Positions 37,601 through 50,013 of a stretch of DNA of 64,000 bases are shown here, in pieces. Positions within the stretch are counted from its first letter, which is position 1; each line of letters begins with the position of its first letter. The position numbers and the translations under genes are program-made. The stretch is from Marsupella aquatica. Lineage: Eukaryota > Plantae > Marchantiophyta. The notes beneath the pieces were generated by a model. It was not told where the DNA came from, ran no database searches, and saw nothing but the letters and a program-made list of their open reading frames with translations. The stretch covers positions 24,488,709 through 24,552,708 of the forward strand of contig OZ316894.1 in NCBI GenBank assembly GCA_973895155.1. The letters are read 5' to 3'.

Positions 37601-38309
37601 TTGTCTCCAAGTAAAAGATCCCCAAACGAATCCTCTTTTCCAAAATATGTCACTTCTGCTTAATCGTATGGAGACGCAGTGTAAGAGTTGTGGAGGATGG
37701 CTGGCATGAGTTCTTCCTAGGCTTGGGTTCGTTGGATGTTTCTGATGCAACATTGAACGAGTTCTGGACTGTGAATGTGTGGAGATATTGTTGTCAATAC
37801 TGACGAACCAGTTAAAATTTGTTGACACGGGAGTAGGAAAAGCCTGATGACGGGATGGGAACGAGAGGAGAAGATCTCAAGTTTATGTTGAACTAGGGAT
37901 TGATGTCTAGCTCTTTTCCTGGCCATCCATCCGCTCATGTTAGCCATTTAAGTCGTATGGTCTTATCGGTACTTTTCCTTTTCCAAAATTAACATTTGTT
38001 TCCTGTGTACATGTCAAGCAGTTGGCTGTAGTGGAGACTAAAATATCATTTGAGGGGAAGAGCATGATCATGGTGCTTGCCCCAAACAAGGCCACTATAG
38101 AAAAGGAGAAAGCTGCAGCTCAATCACAGGCTTCTAAGCTCAAGACTAAGGCAGGAGGAAAGACCGAGGAAACTACAGCTGTTGAAGAACCTGCACAAAC
38201 ACTGGAGACACAGGCTTCAGTTGTTGAAGAACCTGCGCAAACACTGGAGACACAAGCAGCAGTTGTTGAAGAACCTGCACAAACATTGGAGACTCAGGCA
38301 TCAGTGTAG
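34617..38309 (+). CDS. infC: Translation initiation factor IF3, organellar (probably plastid-targeted), multi-exon
   Basis: Exons ...GPLLNTDIR (to about 35495), 35746-35785 [13 protein letters not shown], 36106-36165 IGVV...ADLDL, 36410-36462 [17 protein letters not shown], 36567-36622 [12 protein letters not shown], 36854-36960 [14 protein letters not shown]...FLKDGDK, 37127-37219 [11 protein letters not shown] and 38022-38309 give the IF3 N and C domains. Splicing of the transit-peptide exons between 34691 and about 35250 is uncertain. Confidence 0.9.
38180..38306 (+). repeat. Coding tandem repeat, 3 x 42 bp ([12 protein letters not shown][S/A]V) at the IF3 C-terminus
   Basis: GTTGAAGAACCTGC.CAAACA.TGGAGAC.CA.GC occurs three times in frame. 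Confidence 0.92.
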
Positions 38310-39918
38310 GTTTAACGAAATGTAAATTGCCATGTTGTTTAGTGAAAGCTTAGTGTGAACCCATTATTGTTCCAGAAGCCAAGCCATAGCTCTATGAATC
38401 CGACATTTGAGTGTCAGAATTTCGTAAGGCTGGAATACGAAGGCTCTCTACTTGCGTGATACGATATTAGTGAATGCAAGGAGCTACAAATGTTTGTTCG
38501 ATGGTCTGCCAGGCTTTACATTGCCTGGTGCCCGGTTCATGCATCCAACCTGCTGTTCCTAGACGTGCCTCACCATCACAGAAATCAGCTAGATATCTGT
38601 TGACTGACAGACGCAGCAAGTTTATATAGAAAGGGGAGTTTTGCCTTCTTCTAAGAGATTCAATGCATTTAAAGGGTCTTGGCACGAAAAGTCGAATCTG
38701 CTCGTTAAAGCTATGCTAACACTGAATCGAAGGAAGCAATAAACACACCTAAACGCTGTTTTGTGCGTTTGGAGACTACAATATTGCGCTGTACAGTAGA
38801 GCCTTGAGACTGGAAATGTTGCGTTCTGATGGCGATTTAATCAGAAAATGCTTGGCGACCCAGTTTCCGTACCCTGAACGGAGTTAGTACGTAAAGTGGT
38901 GCGCTTTTGGAAATCACCATGCAAGATGTTTATCTTTGAATCGGACAATCGGATTGTCTTGATCGTTTCTCCGGCACGCTTGATCATTTTCGTTTCTCCA
39001 GAGCTCAGCCGATACGTCCAAGGAGACTGTACTCTGGCCTTTCGTTGGGTAAAAATTCCGGTGCAACATAATTTTTTACCATCCCCCTCATTTGAGCAGC
39101 GACTTACTGGGAATCTCTCCCTGAACTCATTGTTCACTATAATGGAGGTTACTCTCTAGGTACAAAAGCGTTTTCAAATGCTATTGGGCAAAATGGGCGG
39201 AGAAGTGGCTGCAGGAACATGTCCTCTGGGAAGTAGTAAGGAACTTCTGGCAGGTTATTAATCGTCATTTTTGAATTGCAAATGAGCAAAAATGGGGCGG
39301 GGAGTAACTATCGACAGCTGTCATTTGGGTAGTTATGAAGCGTACATGACGCTTATTTAATTCCTTTCCAGCAAGTTTCATCCGAAGGCGACAGTCTCAA
39401 CCATAGCCCTACGGTAGGAAACTGTAGACATTAGTGATATGTAAGTTTCCGCGACTATCAGCAATCCAGTTTGAAAATGGACCCAAAAGATCCTTGCAGA
39501 AGTGTGGGAAGAGATGGAGGACATCCCATGTTTATATTTTTGCCGCAACGAAATGTTACAGTATCATAGTACAGCGACATCATTGTGGTGTCAATGGGTA
39601 ACCATCCAGTCACATAAGTTCTCTTCAAGCAGTGCTTCCACATGTGGTTGCAGGTAACTGAATCACCTACAGTCTAAGCACTTAATAGTAATCATTCAGA
39701 ACGGAACCCTGGAATGGGGTACAACAAATGGATCAGAAGAGATCCATACCTGCAACTTACACTAAGTAGAGCTATCATTCTACAACTCACCAAAATATAC
39801 GAGAACCTCACACTGGCTGTGTGAATCTACATGTGCGCCATAAGGCACAGAAATAAAATGTACAAGAAGCATATCAAGGTCCAGAGCTACGCATATTGCT
39901 TCAGAGCAACAACCGGTT

Positions 39919-40663
39919 TCACTTCGTTTCGGATGAAGACTTGTCAGACTTTGACGTCTTTTCTGCCTTGCTCGCAGCCTCTTTCTCGAGCTTAGCAGCC
40001 GTCTTCTTAGGAAGCAGAAGGGAGTGGATGTTCGGTAGCACGCCACCGTGAGCAATGGTCACACTAGCAAGCAGCTTTCCCAGCTCCTCGTCGTTCCTGA
40101 TAGCCAATTGAATGTGTCTAGGGATGATCCTAGTCTTGTTGTTGTCACGGCAAGCATTACCAGCCAACTCGAGGACCTGCAAGGTAAATGAACACTTTAG
40201 ACAGAGTTTCCAATACAAAACCTCGTTGCCTGCGGTAGTTTGGACAATCCTTTCCACACAAAAAGCCTAGTTTATACCCATTCCGCGTTGGGTAAAGATG
40301 TTTGAGTAGGTCCCTTTGTAATCAGAGTATCGGATACGGACAGCATTGGCCGAACAACATTACAAAATCTCAAGCCACGAAAAAAAATCCCCAACCTGAA
40401 GTACATTGGCAAACGGATAATTGCGCGCGGTGGCACGCAGTGGTCCAAAGCGATATCAACAAGAGCTGAAGGCAATACCCTACCTCAGCAGCGAGGTATT
40501 CCAAAACGGCCGCAAGATAAACAGGGGCTCCAGCCCCTACTCGTTTCGAATATCTCCCATTCTTCAAGTACCGGGCTAGCCTTCCCACAGGGAACTGCAG
40601 ACCCGCCCTCTGCGACTTGGAAATGGCTTTCTTCTTGGTCTTGGCGTGACCTCTTCCCGACAT
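39919..40663 (-). CDS. H2A: Histone H2A variant (H2A.M/H2A.W-related), 2 exons: 40663-40484 and 40176-39919, 145 aa
   Basis: [27 protein letters not shown]|[24 protein letters not shown] and [13 protein letters not shown], with the conserved plant H2A intron position. The K/S-rich tail has neither SQEF nor KSPK. Confidence 0.95.
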
Positions 40664-41051
40664 TGTGACGAAGAAAAGCAACGAAGAAAACCCCGAAATT
40701 CTCAGGAAAAAAACCACGGATCTAATCAAATCGCAACCCAACCCAAATCGAAAATCACCAGGCGAATGCGAAACCTAATAGATTGCGGTCGAGATTTCCT
40801 TCCTAAAAACGAACGCAGTGTAGAAATTCACAATTGGGTCCACTCCGGTGACAATGAGTTGAGGAGGAAGAGGATGAGCTCCAACGAAAGCAGACAGCAA
40901 GCTAACAAGACAGCTTTAGTAACACATTCAGCAGTCCATGAGAGAGTTCTTATACGAGCCAATAGGTTTCGAACCCTAGGACGGACAAAGGGGTTGATGG
41001 GCTCTAAGCCAATGGCTCGGCGATCGGGAGGGGTCCCGCCATGTCAGCTGT

Positions 41052-41069
41052 CCATGTCATCGATCCGTG
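41052..41069. promoter_or_regulatory. Plant histone promoter type I element-like motif (hexamer + reverse octamer)
   Basis: CCATGTCATCGATCCGTG versus the consensus CCACGTCANCGATCCGCG (two C>T differences), about 390 bp upstream of the H2A ATG. CCAAT words at about 40959 and 41009 and a minus-strand TATAAG at about 40950 lie nearby. Confidence 0.6.
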
Positions 41070-42329
41070 GCTCTCGTCCCGCCCGCGAGGCGTTTTTGAA
41101 TCGTATTTCCAAAGCTCTGGCCGTAGGATCCCGATCGGACGGGTGCACATGCTTCCGCTTTGTTTTTATTTTCGCGAGCAATTTACGATCCGGGCAGCCT
41201 CGCTTTTTGTCTGCGCTCTGACGCTTTCATCCTGTTGGTAACTAGCACACTTTTCAAACGGCCGTTGTTCGCCGCTCTCTCAAACGAGGCTCTCTGTAAT
41301 GTAACCCATGTAATGTGTAGCAGACTTCTCTTTTTGTTGAGTTTGACTCAGAGTAGTCTGAACACAGGTGCTAATTTAAAGGGCACAGGGCTACTCATAA
41401 GCATAGTTTAAATATCAAAAAATATTGATGAAAGAAATAGTTACCTAGGGTTTCCTTCTAAGGAGCAGGTCATGAAAGGTAAACTTCAAAGGCAATTACA
41501 ATATAAATACTTATTACTCAGGATCAAGGATGGACATGCACAACCCAGATGGATACAAATTCAATGTTTAATTTACTTGCATAACATGCCTCACACCTCT
41601 ATCCCTTATATGACTTGTAAACATGCATTTGACAATCAAGTAAAAGAAGTTTCCAGTGGAGTCCTCCGGGGTGGTATCCATGTAGCAGCCTCCATTCTCA
41701 TTCAACTAGAGAAATCGGCTATAGCATGACACGAAAAAGTTCACTTAATATCCATCAGAGTCATACTTTTGTGTTCTGAGCTTTCACTTGGGAAGAAAGG
41801 CCTGGCTTGCATTTGGCTTGATTTTGCACTCACCCCTTTTTTTCTTAATTTTCCAGCTTGGTGAATGTTATCTTGTGTAAAGGAGGAGATGCTAGGAATA
41901 TTCTCTATTTCAATTGCCAATGTTTATTGTTGACAGTTACATCTCCCTAAAATTAAGGAGAACCACCAGATTTGGCTAATAGGCATGTGCCTTGGTGGGA
42001 GACTAGTTAGCAAAACCTAAAAGGGGAATCACAAAAGTTCCCCTTCTAGTAACCTAAATATCCAAATATTCTTACAGTTTGAAATTTACAAATGGATGCA
42101 ATATGTCCCCTAGGTGAAGGTGTCCACCCCTGTTGCCTTGGCTCCGTGTTGATTTGCAACAGATCATAGGCTACACGAGACGCTTCAGATAGCCTATGAT
42201 CATGTGTTGCATGATTGTTATTGTGGCCATGTTGTTGTTGTTGTGGCAATGTCCATGTGGGTGTCCATGTGGTACATAATAATGTTGAGGTGAGGCAAAG
42301 GAATGAAAAGGCCGCAAGGAAGTGTTGTT

Positions 42330-43680
42330 GTCCTAAGTGTTTCTTTTCCAGTCATGTTGTGGTTGCAACATGTCATCGTTTTGGGTGGGTAGTTGTTGGT
42401 ACATATTGGGGAGGGTGAGAGAGAGGGGAGGCAAGGGGAGAGCAAGATGAGGAGCGAGACAGGTAATGGCTGCCAAGGCACATGTCAGGGTTCAGGTGGG
42501 GTTGCGCAATACTATGTGGAGAATTAATGTTTTCATTTTTTTCCCTCCCCCTCTTTTCCATTTTGATCCCTCCTTTCAACAAGATTAAATAAAGAGAAGG
42601 AAAAAAGTGAGGACAGCTTTTTTATTAAATTCCCATATATCCTCCTCCGTCACCAACGCCTCTCAAGCCAGTGCCATGCCACAAAAAAACACTTAGTTTA
42701 TGTATTGGCATATAACATAGCCAACACATTACCTTGTACCTTATTGTAAAAGTAAATATATTTCCTTGGGCACTCGTTTGTCAATCCAAGACTCTACAAT
42801 GCATCTGATGGTTGAAAGGGATTTTGGCAGGACCCCTGATTAGGGTGGTTGAGATTTGCATTTTGCTTTTTGACCATTGACAGGGTGGTGCCATTAGAAA
42901 TATTTGCATTCTAGACAAATTAGGCAACTCGTGTGGGGGGTATTCATTGTGGTAATTTGACTAATTTTGCCACCAAGAAAAGGTTGGACTGTCCCCACCT
43001 ACAGGAAACGTTGGATTGTCCACCCCTGCTCACACAACCCCTGTCGCAAAACATGAATTTGACCTTTTTTTCAAGCAAAATAGCATGAGGCCCTATTTTA
43101 TTGTTTCAGTTTCAAATGATTAATTTCAACCCTGAAAAGTTGGTGTTTACATCAAGATGTTTAGAATACTTCTAAACTCCGGATGACCATTTTTCTGAGT
43201 TTCACAGAGCACAAGTGACGGGAACTAGCTAGTTCACGGGAGTGCCATCCCAATTCACCTCTGCAAATCACATATTATTTGTTTTTGATTCCATGAACAA
43301 CTCAAATGCCAAAAACATTCTTTTCCCATTTCAGTTTCAATCTTAATTTTAAAAACATCTTATCTATTGAAATGTCACGTCAAGATGCTTAGAATATTGT
43401 TAAAACTTAAGTTACAGGAGTTTTGAGGTTTCAAAGCACTCTACAATATCTTGTTAGTCGGGTTAATAATATAATATTTTATGCGTGAACTCAGATGAAC
43501 TACTGTCACCTCTCCTTGTGAGCTCTCTACTTCTCACTCAGTCTTTGGAAGCAAATTCCACTGACATTAAATTGTTACAATGTGCTCAAGCTTGTGCCCC
43601 CAATCACATATCTCTAGCCAGGGTACTAGTGCGCCTCAACAACATATATCTCTAGCCATCGGTACTAGTGCACCTCAACA
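42330..43680. mobile_element. Second diverged copy of the repeat element at 24.3-25.9 kb, ending in an ~41-bp duplication containing GGTACTAGTGC
   Basis: Same ordered blocks as 24350-25870. ATATCTCTAGCCA..GGTACTAGTGC.CCTCAACA occurs twice at about 43608-43680. Confidence 0.45.
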
Positions 43681-43874
43681 AACGCTTGCCCCATTAGACT
43701 ACATCCATGTCCCACTTGCAAAGAACACTAAGTTTATCAAAGTACAATGAAGAAAAAGCAAAGGAGGCCCAATGCATGTCATATACGCCAAGCACCAGAA
43801 TAGTGTGCAAAGGTGAACCCCTAAAATGTAGAAAGTGATTAATTAAAAAAATCTTGCAGGCTTAGTTAAGAGAT

Positions 43875-44120
43875 TTGATGTGGACCATGAACTCATCACA
43901 CCATTGAGGAGTAAATCTGATATCTGATGTATAGTAGTTAAGACAGTAGATGTTTACCATTAACTCATCACACCATTGAAGAGTTAATATGACCTGGTTA
44001 AGACGGTAGATGTGTACCATTAACCTGTCACACCATTGAAAAGTATAATATTGAAAAGTAAATCTGACGTAGTTTAGACAATAGATGTGTACCATTAACT
44101 CACCACACCATGTGTACCAT
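43875..44120. repeat. Minisatellite, four units of about 61-76 bp
   Basis: GATGTGTACCATTAACTCATCACACCATTGA-like motif at about 43878, 43949, 44009 and 44083. Confidence 0.85.
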
Positions 44121-44619
44121 GAACTCAATACAACAACTTTATCTCTTTCTTTCTTTTTGTTTTCTAAGTTTCTTGGGGTTTGTTTTTGTCCATCCTTTTG
44201 AGTTTGGTTTTTGTTCCTCACCTTCTTTTCCTTGTTCTTCTTGCCTTTTATTAAATTAGTCCTTTCTGGGTTCTTTAGAGTGCTGGTTTGATTCGTCAAT
44301 CTGCCTTTGCTCTACAAATCAACACTGTTTGGCATTTTCTTTATTGGCAAAAATTTGCCCAATCTTGCCTTGGGATTAGATAGTGGCTACCTTAAGGAAG
44401 GGAAGTTTTGAATTTTTCTTGCAAACTTAGCCAAATCCTGAGGTTGCAAGAGTGTCTAGTCAAGAGCACTCATGAAGGGTGACTGTGTAGCCTTGCCAGT
44501 CCCTCCCAAGCGAGCTTTCAAGCTGCCGTTGGGCTTGCTCACAGTGTCTCACAGTGTTCTACCAGAGAATTGTACTTGATTGCCAGGACACAAAATGTAC
44601 TTTACTAGCACCCTCCGGC

Positions 44620-44725
44620 TCACATACCTATGTATTGGGCTATGTACCAGGTGTGCTCACATAACTCTGTGTTGGGCTAAGTACTAGGTGTACTCACATA
44701 ATGGTGTACTGGGCTATGTACCAAG
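44620..44725. repeat. Tandem repeat, 3 x about 36 bp
   Basis: CTCACATA...GT.(T/C)TGGGCTA.GTAC.AG occurs three times. Confidence 0.8.
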
Positions 44726-44903
44726 TAGCAAGGTGCTTGGGGTAGGTGTATTTGGGAGCATGGAGGGGTTCAATTCCCCTAGTACACAGAATTAATTTAC
44801 ATTCACAAAAGGCTAACATATATTGCTTTGAGATTTAGTTCAACTGTCTCTTATATGGGTTGGTTATCCTCACTTATTCTTCTTAGGGTAAGTTCCCACC
44901 CAT

Positions 44904-45391
44904 TGTTAGGGATAGTCAGAGTGCCTAGGATTAACTATCATGAATTATTGAGAGTTAACTTTTCAAAAGATAACTATTCTGATAAGTTAACAATTGTATT
45001 CTCCCGTACTCAATGAATTTAAACTCAGATGGAGAGTGTCAAGACGGTACTTTGCAAACAGATAATCGAAGAGAGCACTTTGGGCACCGCAGTGACTGTA
45101 AGAAAACCGTCGGATCCAGACTAGACAGCAATATGGAACATAAGAGCACTCAATCTCACACTACACCAACAAGACACCACGATCATGGAGAAACTCCTGA
45201 AGGATCCATATATAGCTCAAGAGATTGAACATGTGAAGAATGAGGGAGAGAATGCTCTCCCTCCAACCTATACCCCCCAAGGGGGACAAAGATGCCTAAA
45301 TAAGTGGATCTTATCCTAAACTAACCAAGGGTCAATTAACCCTAGTAAGGCCAAACTAACTAAAGTTGGGAACTCGAGTCAATTCTTAACA
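44904..45391. mobile_element. Candidate LTR fragment or solo LTR (488 bp)
   Basis: TGTTAGG...CTTAACA inverted termini and a minus-strand TATA-like GGGTATAGG. No matching TSD was found (CCCAT vs CACTG). Confidence 0.4.
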
Positions 45392-45704
45392 CACTGCAGC
45401 AAAATTTTGCAGAACATGCAATAGAACAAAAGATTTCAATAGAACAAATGCAGTGCACAATTTGGTATGTACTTTGTAAGTGTCATAAAATTTGTTCCCT
45501 GAATGCTTGGGGCAATGTGTAACGCAAAATGATAAGACCAATTAATTGCCTATACAAGAATTGTCTACTTCTACGTCAAATGAATCATTTGAAGTGTGTA
45601 TGAAAAGAATAGTGTTAGTATTTAGTATTGCTGCAAAAAATGACAATGGAAAATGATGACAATGGAAAAATGATGATGTTTGCATTGTTCATCCAATGCA
45701 ATTC

Positions 45705-46564
45705 ACCTGTCGATACGCCAAAGCCTGCATTGCAGTTGCCATATCTTTGAACACCGATACCATGGCTTTTCGATCAATGGACAAGGATTCCTTCTTGGTT
45801 GATTCAAGAATCATTTTCGCCTTTGAGTTCGAATTGCTTATCAAAGCAAAACAACCTCTTTGTCATTGATCATTAAGAAAGACAATCAAACTATTGTGGC
45901 TAGTCTTCAGAACTCTTGAGATGTTTATAGTCCATCTTCTCTTAGCCCTGCCTGTAGGTCCTGCAACCCTGTCTCCTCTGGCCACAAGGACATTCTAAGT
46001 CTCTCTCTGATTACCAGGGAACAAATCAATTGCCCAATTTTCATCTGTAATAGTTTGTTGAGGAGGGGATTGAAGGATGTGGTGCGGCTGGATTCTGAGG
46101 AGCAATGCACAAAACTGAATCAAATGTGGAAGGTGGAGCCATACACGACCGTTGCAAGCAAAAAACATCCATTAAATCTTACAAGTCTTTGTTGAACTTG
46201 GGAACAAGCTTAGCCTACATATGCTTGTTCTTGCTCATGTTGTAGTACGACGTCCCAACAAAAGACAAAATGAAATCTCTGATTGCCTTCTAATCCCCAA
46301 AGAGATTGTTCCACTTTGTGGTACACACTGGTCCTTTATAGTTGCTATAGCCCTTGGCACTCATGAACAGTGATATGTCTTTCCACTTTTGCACACTTGA
46401 AAGGAAACTCTGTTGGCCAATGTTATCGATGTCCAATTCCAACTCTATTTTCTTAGCCTAAACAAGGCAAATCATTTCTGGTTCGGTCCAATTTGCGCTT
46501 GAGGTCTCACTGATTGTTGAGAGTTGGGAATAGAGAAAGTAGCAACAGTGGGAGCATCGGCCAT
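45705..46564 (-). pseudogene. Pseudogenised Myb/SANT-like (trihelix) DNA-binding protein, probably the accessory ORF of a PIF/Harbinger transposon
   Basis: Minus strand reads NWTEPEMICLV*AKKIE...QKWKDISLFMSAKGY...CTTKWNNLFGD*KAIRDF...SYYNMSK...LVPKFNKDL*DLMDVF, the three-Trp trihelix signature with several in-frame stops. A C-terminal helix AMVSVFKDMATAMQALA follows. Confidence 0.75.
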
Positions 46565-47147
46565 ATTGCAAACTCACGACAGTTAATGCTCACGGAACCT
46601 TCTAAAGAGGACACTCAACATGACACTCAGCACTACACTCCCGGCTCGACACTCCGCGCTTGACACTCAGCTCAACACTCCTTGCCTCAACTTGTGTTGG
46701 CAGGCTTGTTGCAGGCCGGGTGAAACATGTTACCAAAAAGTTAAGTACTTGCGAGCCTACTATCCCTAACTAGAGGTCATTATTCATTTTAACTATCAAT
46801 TTGAACTAGGCCAGCCACTTGAGCCAGCGGGAACCCTGCGCCTAGTTATCTTTTCATATATCAGTATGAGTTAAGAACACAACAGGCTTAGGTGGGAACC
46901 CACCCTTAGAGGCTTTGGTTCAATTTTGCCAAAAGCTCTGATACACACCCTTGGCTTGTCACCACCCAATCCTAATAGATGGACTGCCAAAAACATACCT
47001 TGGGTGGGCAAGAGGTCGCCACCCCTCCTGAACCGTGGAACCATGAGATTGTGACCTCTTCTTAGGCAAGCCAATGGGGAGTCGCCACAATAGCTACTTG
47101 CCCAAGACCTTAAAAACCACCGCTAGCCATAATGCATCCCCCTTCTA

Positions 47148-48955
47148 TATGGCTAGTGATGATTTAAAAAAACACTGTCATATATATCAGACTGCAAAAG
47201 AACAAGAGGCGCCCCAATTCATGTATATAACTAGCCGAATTTTTTTTTTGTCACATATATTACAGTGCACAAGAACAAGAGGCGCCCCAATCCTCCTGCT
47301 ACTATAATACCCTATCCCGCCAAAAGTGGTGGGTCATCCGTTTACAAAATCACTTTTGGAGGGAACATTCCATGACCATCCCATTTATAAGCTCTTTTAT
47401 CCCCGTCTTTCATTAGTCAAAAAATAATCTCCCTAACCAAAAGCAAACAAGACAAGTATTTTGGTATGCACAAAGATTCTCTAAGAAGGGAATGATGGCA
47501 TACCCTCTATGTGAGTAATTCTCAAGAGGGGAATGATGGGATACCCTCTATGTGAGTGCCATGTGTTGCCATTGGAATGGGGGCACTTGGACACCATTAT
47601 GAGGGGATAGGGACTAGGACACATAGAGTTCAAAATAGGGAGGGGAATTAATGATGCACCCATGGGTGAAGGGATGAAGGGATGAATAGTATCATACTCT
47701 CCCATAAGTACAAGATAGGGGTTGAGACAAAGTGGAGCGAAGGAAAGTGAAAATAAAGAAAATAATAATAAGACAATAAGAGGGAAAAGGGAGGAGAAAA
47801 GGGACACCCTTGCCTTTTTATAAGGGGGGGGGGGGTGAGAACGGAGAGGCAGAGAAAGGGGAAGAGGAGGCCATGAGGAAGAGGGGGATGTCACCCTCCA
47901 CCTAGGGGTGTGTGAATGTGTCCGCTTATGTTGTCATCACCTATCTCTCTTATCACTTTTTGCAAAAATATGTTTTTGACATGGACATCTATTATCCAAT
48001 GACATCTTTCACGCAATGTACAAGTATTGAACATGACCACAACAACTCCGTGGTTAGGATCACACATCACATGTCTCAATAATTACATTGCAAAATCTAT
48101 ATTTTTTTGCCTTGCCTTGTCATATTTTTCTTATTTTGCAATCTTTTTCTCACCTTGATGTCTTTCTCTTATCACGACATATTTTCTCTCCTTGACATTT
48201 TTTCCTAACCTTAACACTGTTTTCTTGCCTTGCCATATACCTTTTAATGAGCTTGCCATCTTTTACTCACCTTGACATCTTTTATCTCATCTTGCCATCT
48301 GTTTTCATCTTGACATCTTTATCTCATTATAACATCTTTTCCCTCCTCGACATCTTTTCCTCACCTTACCATTTTTTTCTCGTATTGCCATCTTTTATCT
48401 CCTTGACATCTGTTCTCACCCTCGAAATATTTTCTCACCTCGACTTCTTTTACCTCATCTCACCATCTTTTTCTCATCTCGACATCTTTATCTCATCATA
48501 ACATCTTTTTTCTCCTCGACATTTTTTCCTCGCTTTAATATTTTTTTCTCACCTTACCATCTCCTCTCTCCTTGAGGTCTTTTTTCACCTTGACTTCTTT
48601 TCCTCATCTCGACATCTTTTTCACTTCAAGATCCTTTCTTCACCTTGACATCTTTTGTGCAATGCACAGGCATGGGGCTTGTGTCATATATATCACAATG
48701 GCTAGTGACCGTCTTAAAAATACACTCTGTCATATATATGACAGTGCAAAGTAATAAGAGTCGCCCCAATGTCATATATATCATACTGCAAAAGAGTCGC
48801 CCCAGTGTCTTATATATCATACTGCAAAAGAGTGCAAAAGAGTGCAAAAGAACAAGAGGCGTCCCAATGTCATATATATCACAATGCAAAAAAAGAACAA
48901 AAGACGCCCCCAAAACGGCAAAAGAACAAGAGGCGGCCCCCCCAAAACGGGAGAC
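47148..48955. repeat. Composite repeat: TGTCATATATATCA...GCAAAAGAACAAGAGGCG(C/T)CCC arrays at 47.15-47.29 kb and 48.68-48.95 kb, and an ~19-bp (TCACCTTGACATCTTTT)n array at 48.14-48.66 kb
   Basis: Repeated motifs are visible directly. Both long-motif blocks begin with ATGGCTAGTGA in the same orientation. Confidence 0.8.
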
Positions 48956-49608
48956 AGGATCGCAAAAGGCCCAATCAACTCTCTGTCTCGTTGAAGTGGT
49001 TCGTAACAAGGTCAAAGCAGTTTGTCTAGGTCGGGCGATGAAATCTTAGCTTTTGACACACTCTGTTCTCGTGTTCGTTCGCTGCAACATCTGGTTTCAG
49101 CATTTCGTGAAAGCTCAGCACAGAATCTTTAGCTTTCCAAACGCTGTATCTGTGAACGGGCTTTTCGAGCTTCATTGATCTTTGACCTACCAAATTTTGT
49201 GCAATGATGGCTCTCTGCGGCAATCGGGACACCCGGTTATCATCGTCTACAAGCAACTACTGAAAGGTTTTCATCGTTCTTTCCCTGTCGTGCGCTTTCT
49301 CTCCGCGGACGGTCGGACAGCGATTTTGTTAGGGAAAGCCATCACTGCGCCCGGGACAATTCCGCAACTTCTCATCGTGAGACATCAGTTATGGAAAACA
49401 AATGCAGCACAGATCGTCAGAATGTGTACAGCTTACGGCTTGACTGGTGCATTCGGGGACTTGATTCCACAGAATCGCGACACTGACCTCTGAAATTGAA
49501 GTAAGCAAATTATGAGAGTCCTTCCAAATTTGTGGCAAAACGTTTTCTGCGTAACGAGAGGATATGAGCAGCTACATTTGCGACTTTCATGAATTCATTC
49601 GGCAGCAG

Positions 49609-49700
49609 CAGAGTGAGTGAGGTGTGAGTGAGGCGTGAGTGAGTGAGTGAGTGAGTGGGAGGCGTGAGTGAGTGAGGTGTGAGTGAGTGAGGCGTGAGTG
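49609..49700. repeat. (GAGT)n compound microsatellite upstream of the M1AP-like gene
   Basis: GAGTGAGT runs are interspersed with GG(C/T)GT. Confidence 0.85.
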
Positions 49701-50013
49701 GGAGGCTACATCTGATTGTCGTTTCCAAGACAGTGTCAAATTTCTATCCTCGGTGTGAATGATTTCATAAATTCGGAGGTCTCTTCAAGTAAGTGCGATG
49801 TTAGCTCTGTATAATGAGCTGCGTACATCTTCCTAACGTCACTGCCGTCCATCGAAAAGTGCATGTGCCGACACGGACGACCGCGGCGATGACCTTCGTT
49901 ACTCTGAAACTGCTGATCAACCTGACTTGTAACTGTTGCCGGTTGGAGTGATTCATCTGAGCCCTTTTCCGGTCCCGCACATCAATTTATATGCACTGAG
50001 GAAGGAAGGAATC

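Noticed and set aside
48247-49049. Several 60-134 aa ORFs on both strands
   Set aside because: They are translations of the short tandem arrays.
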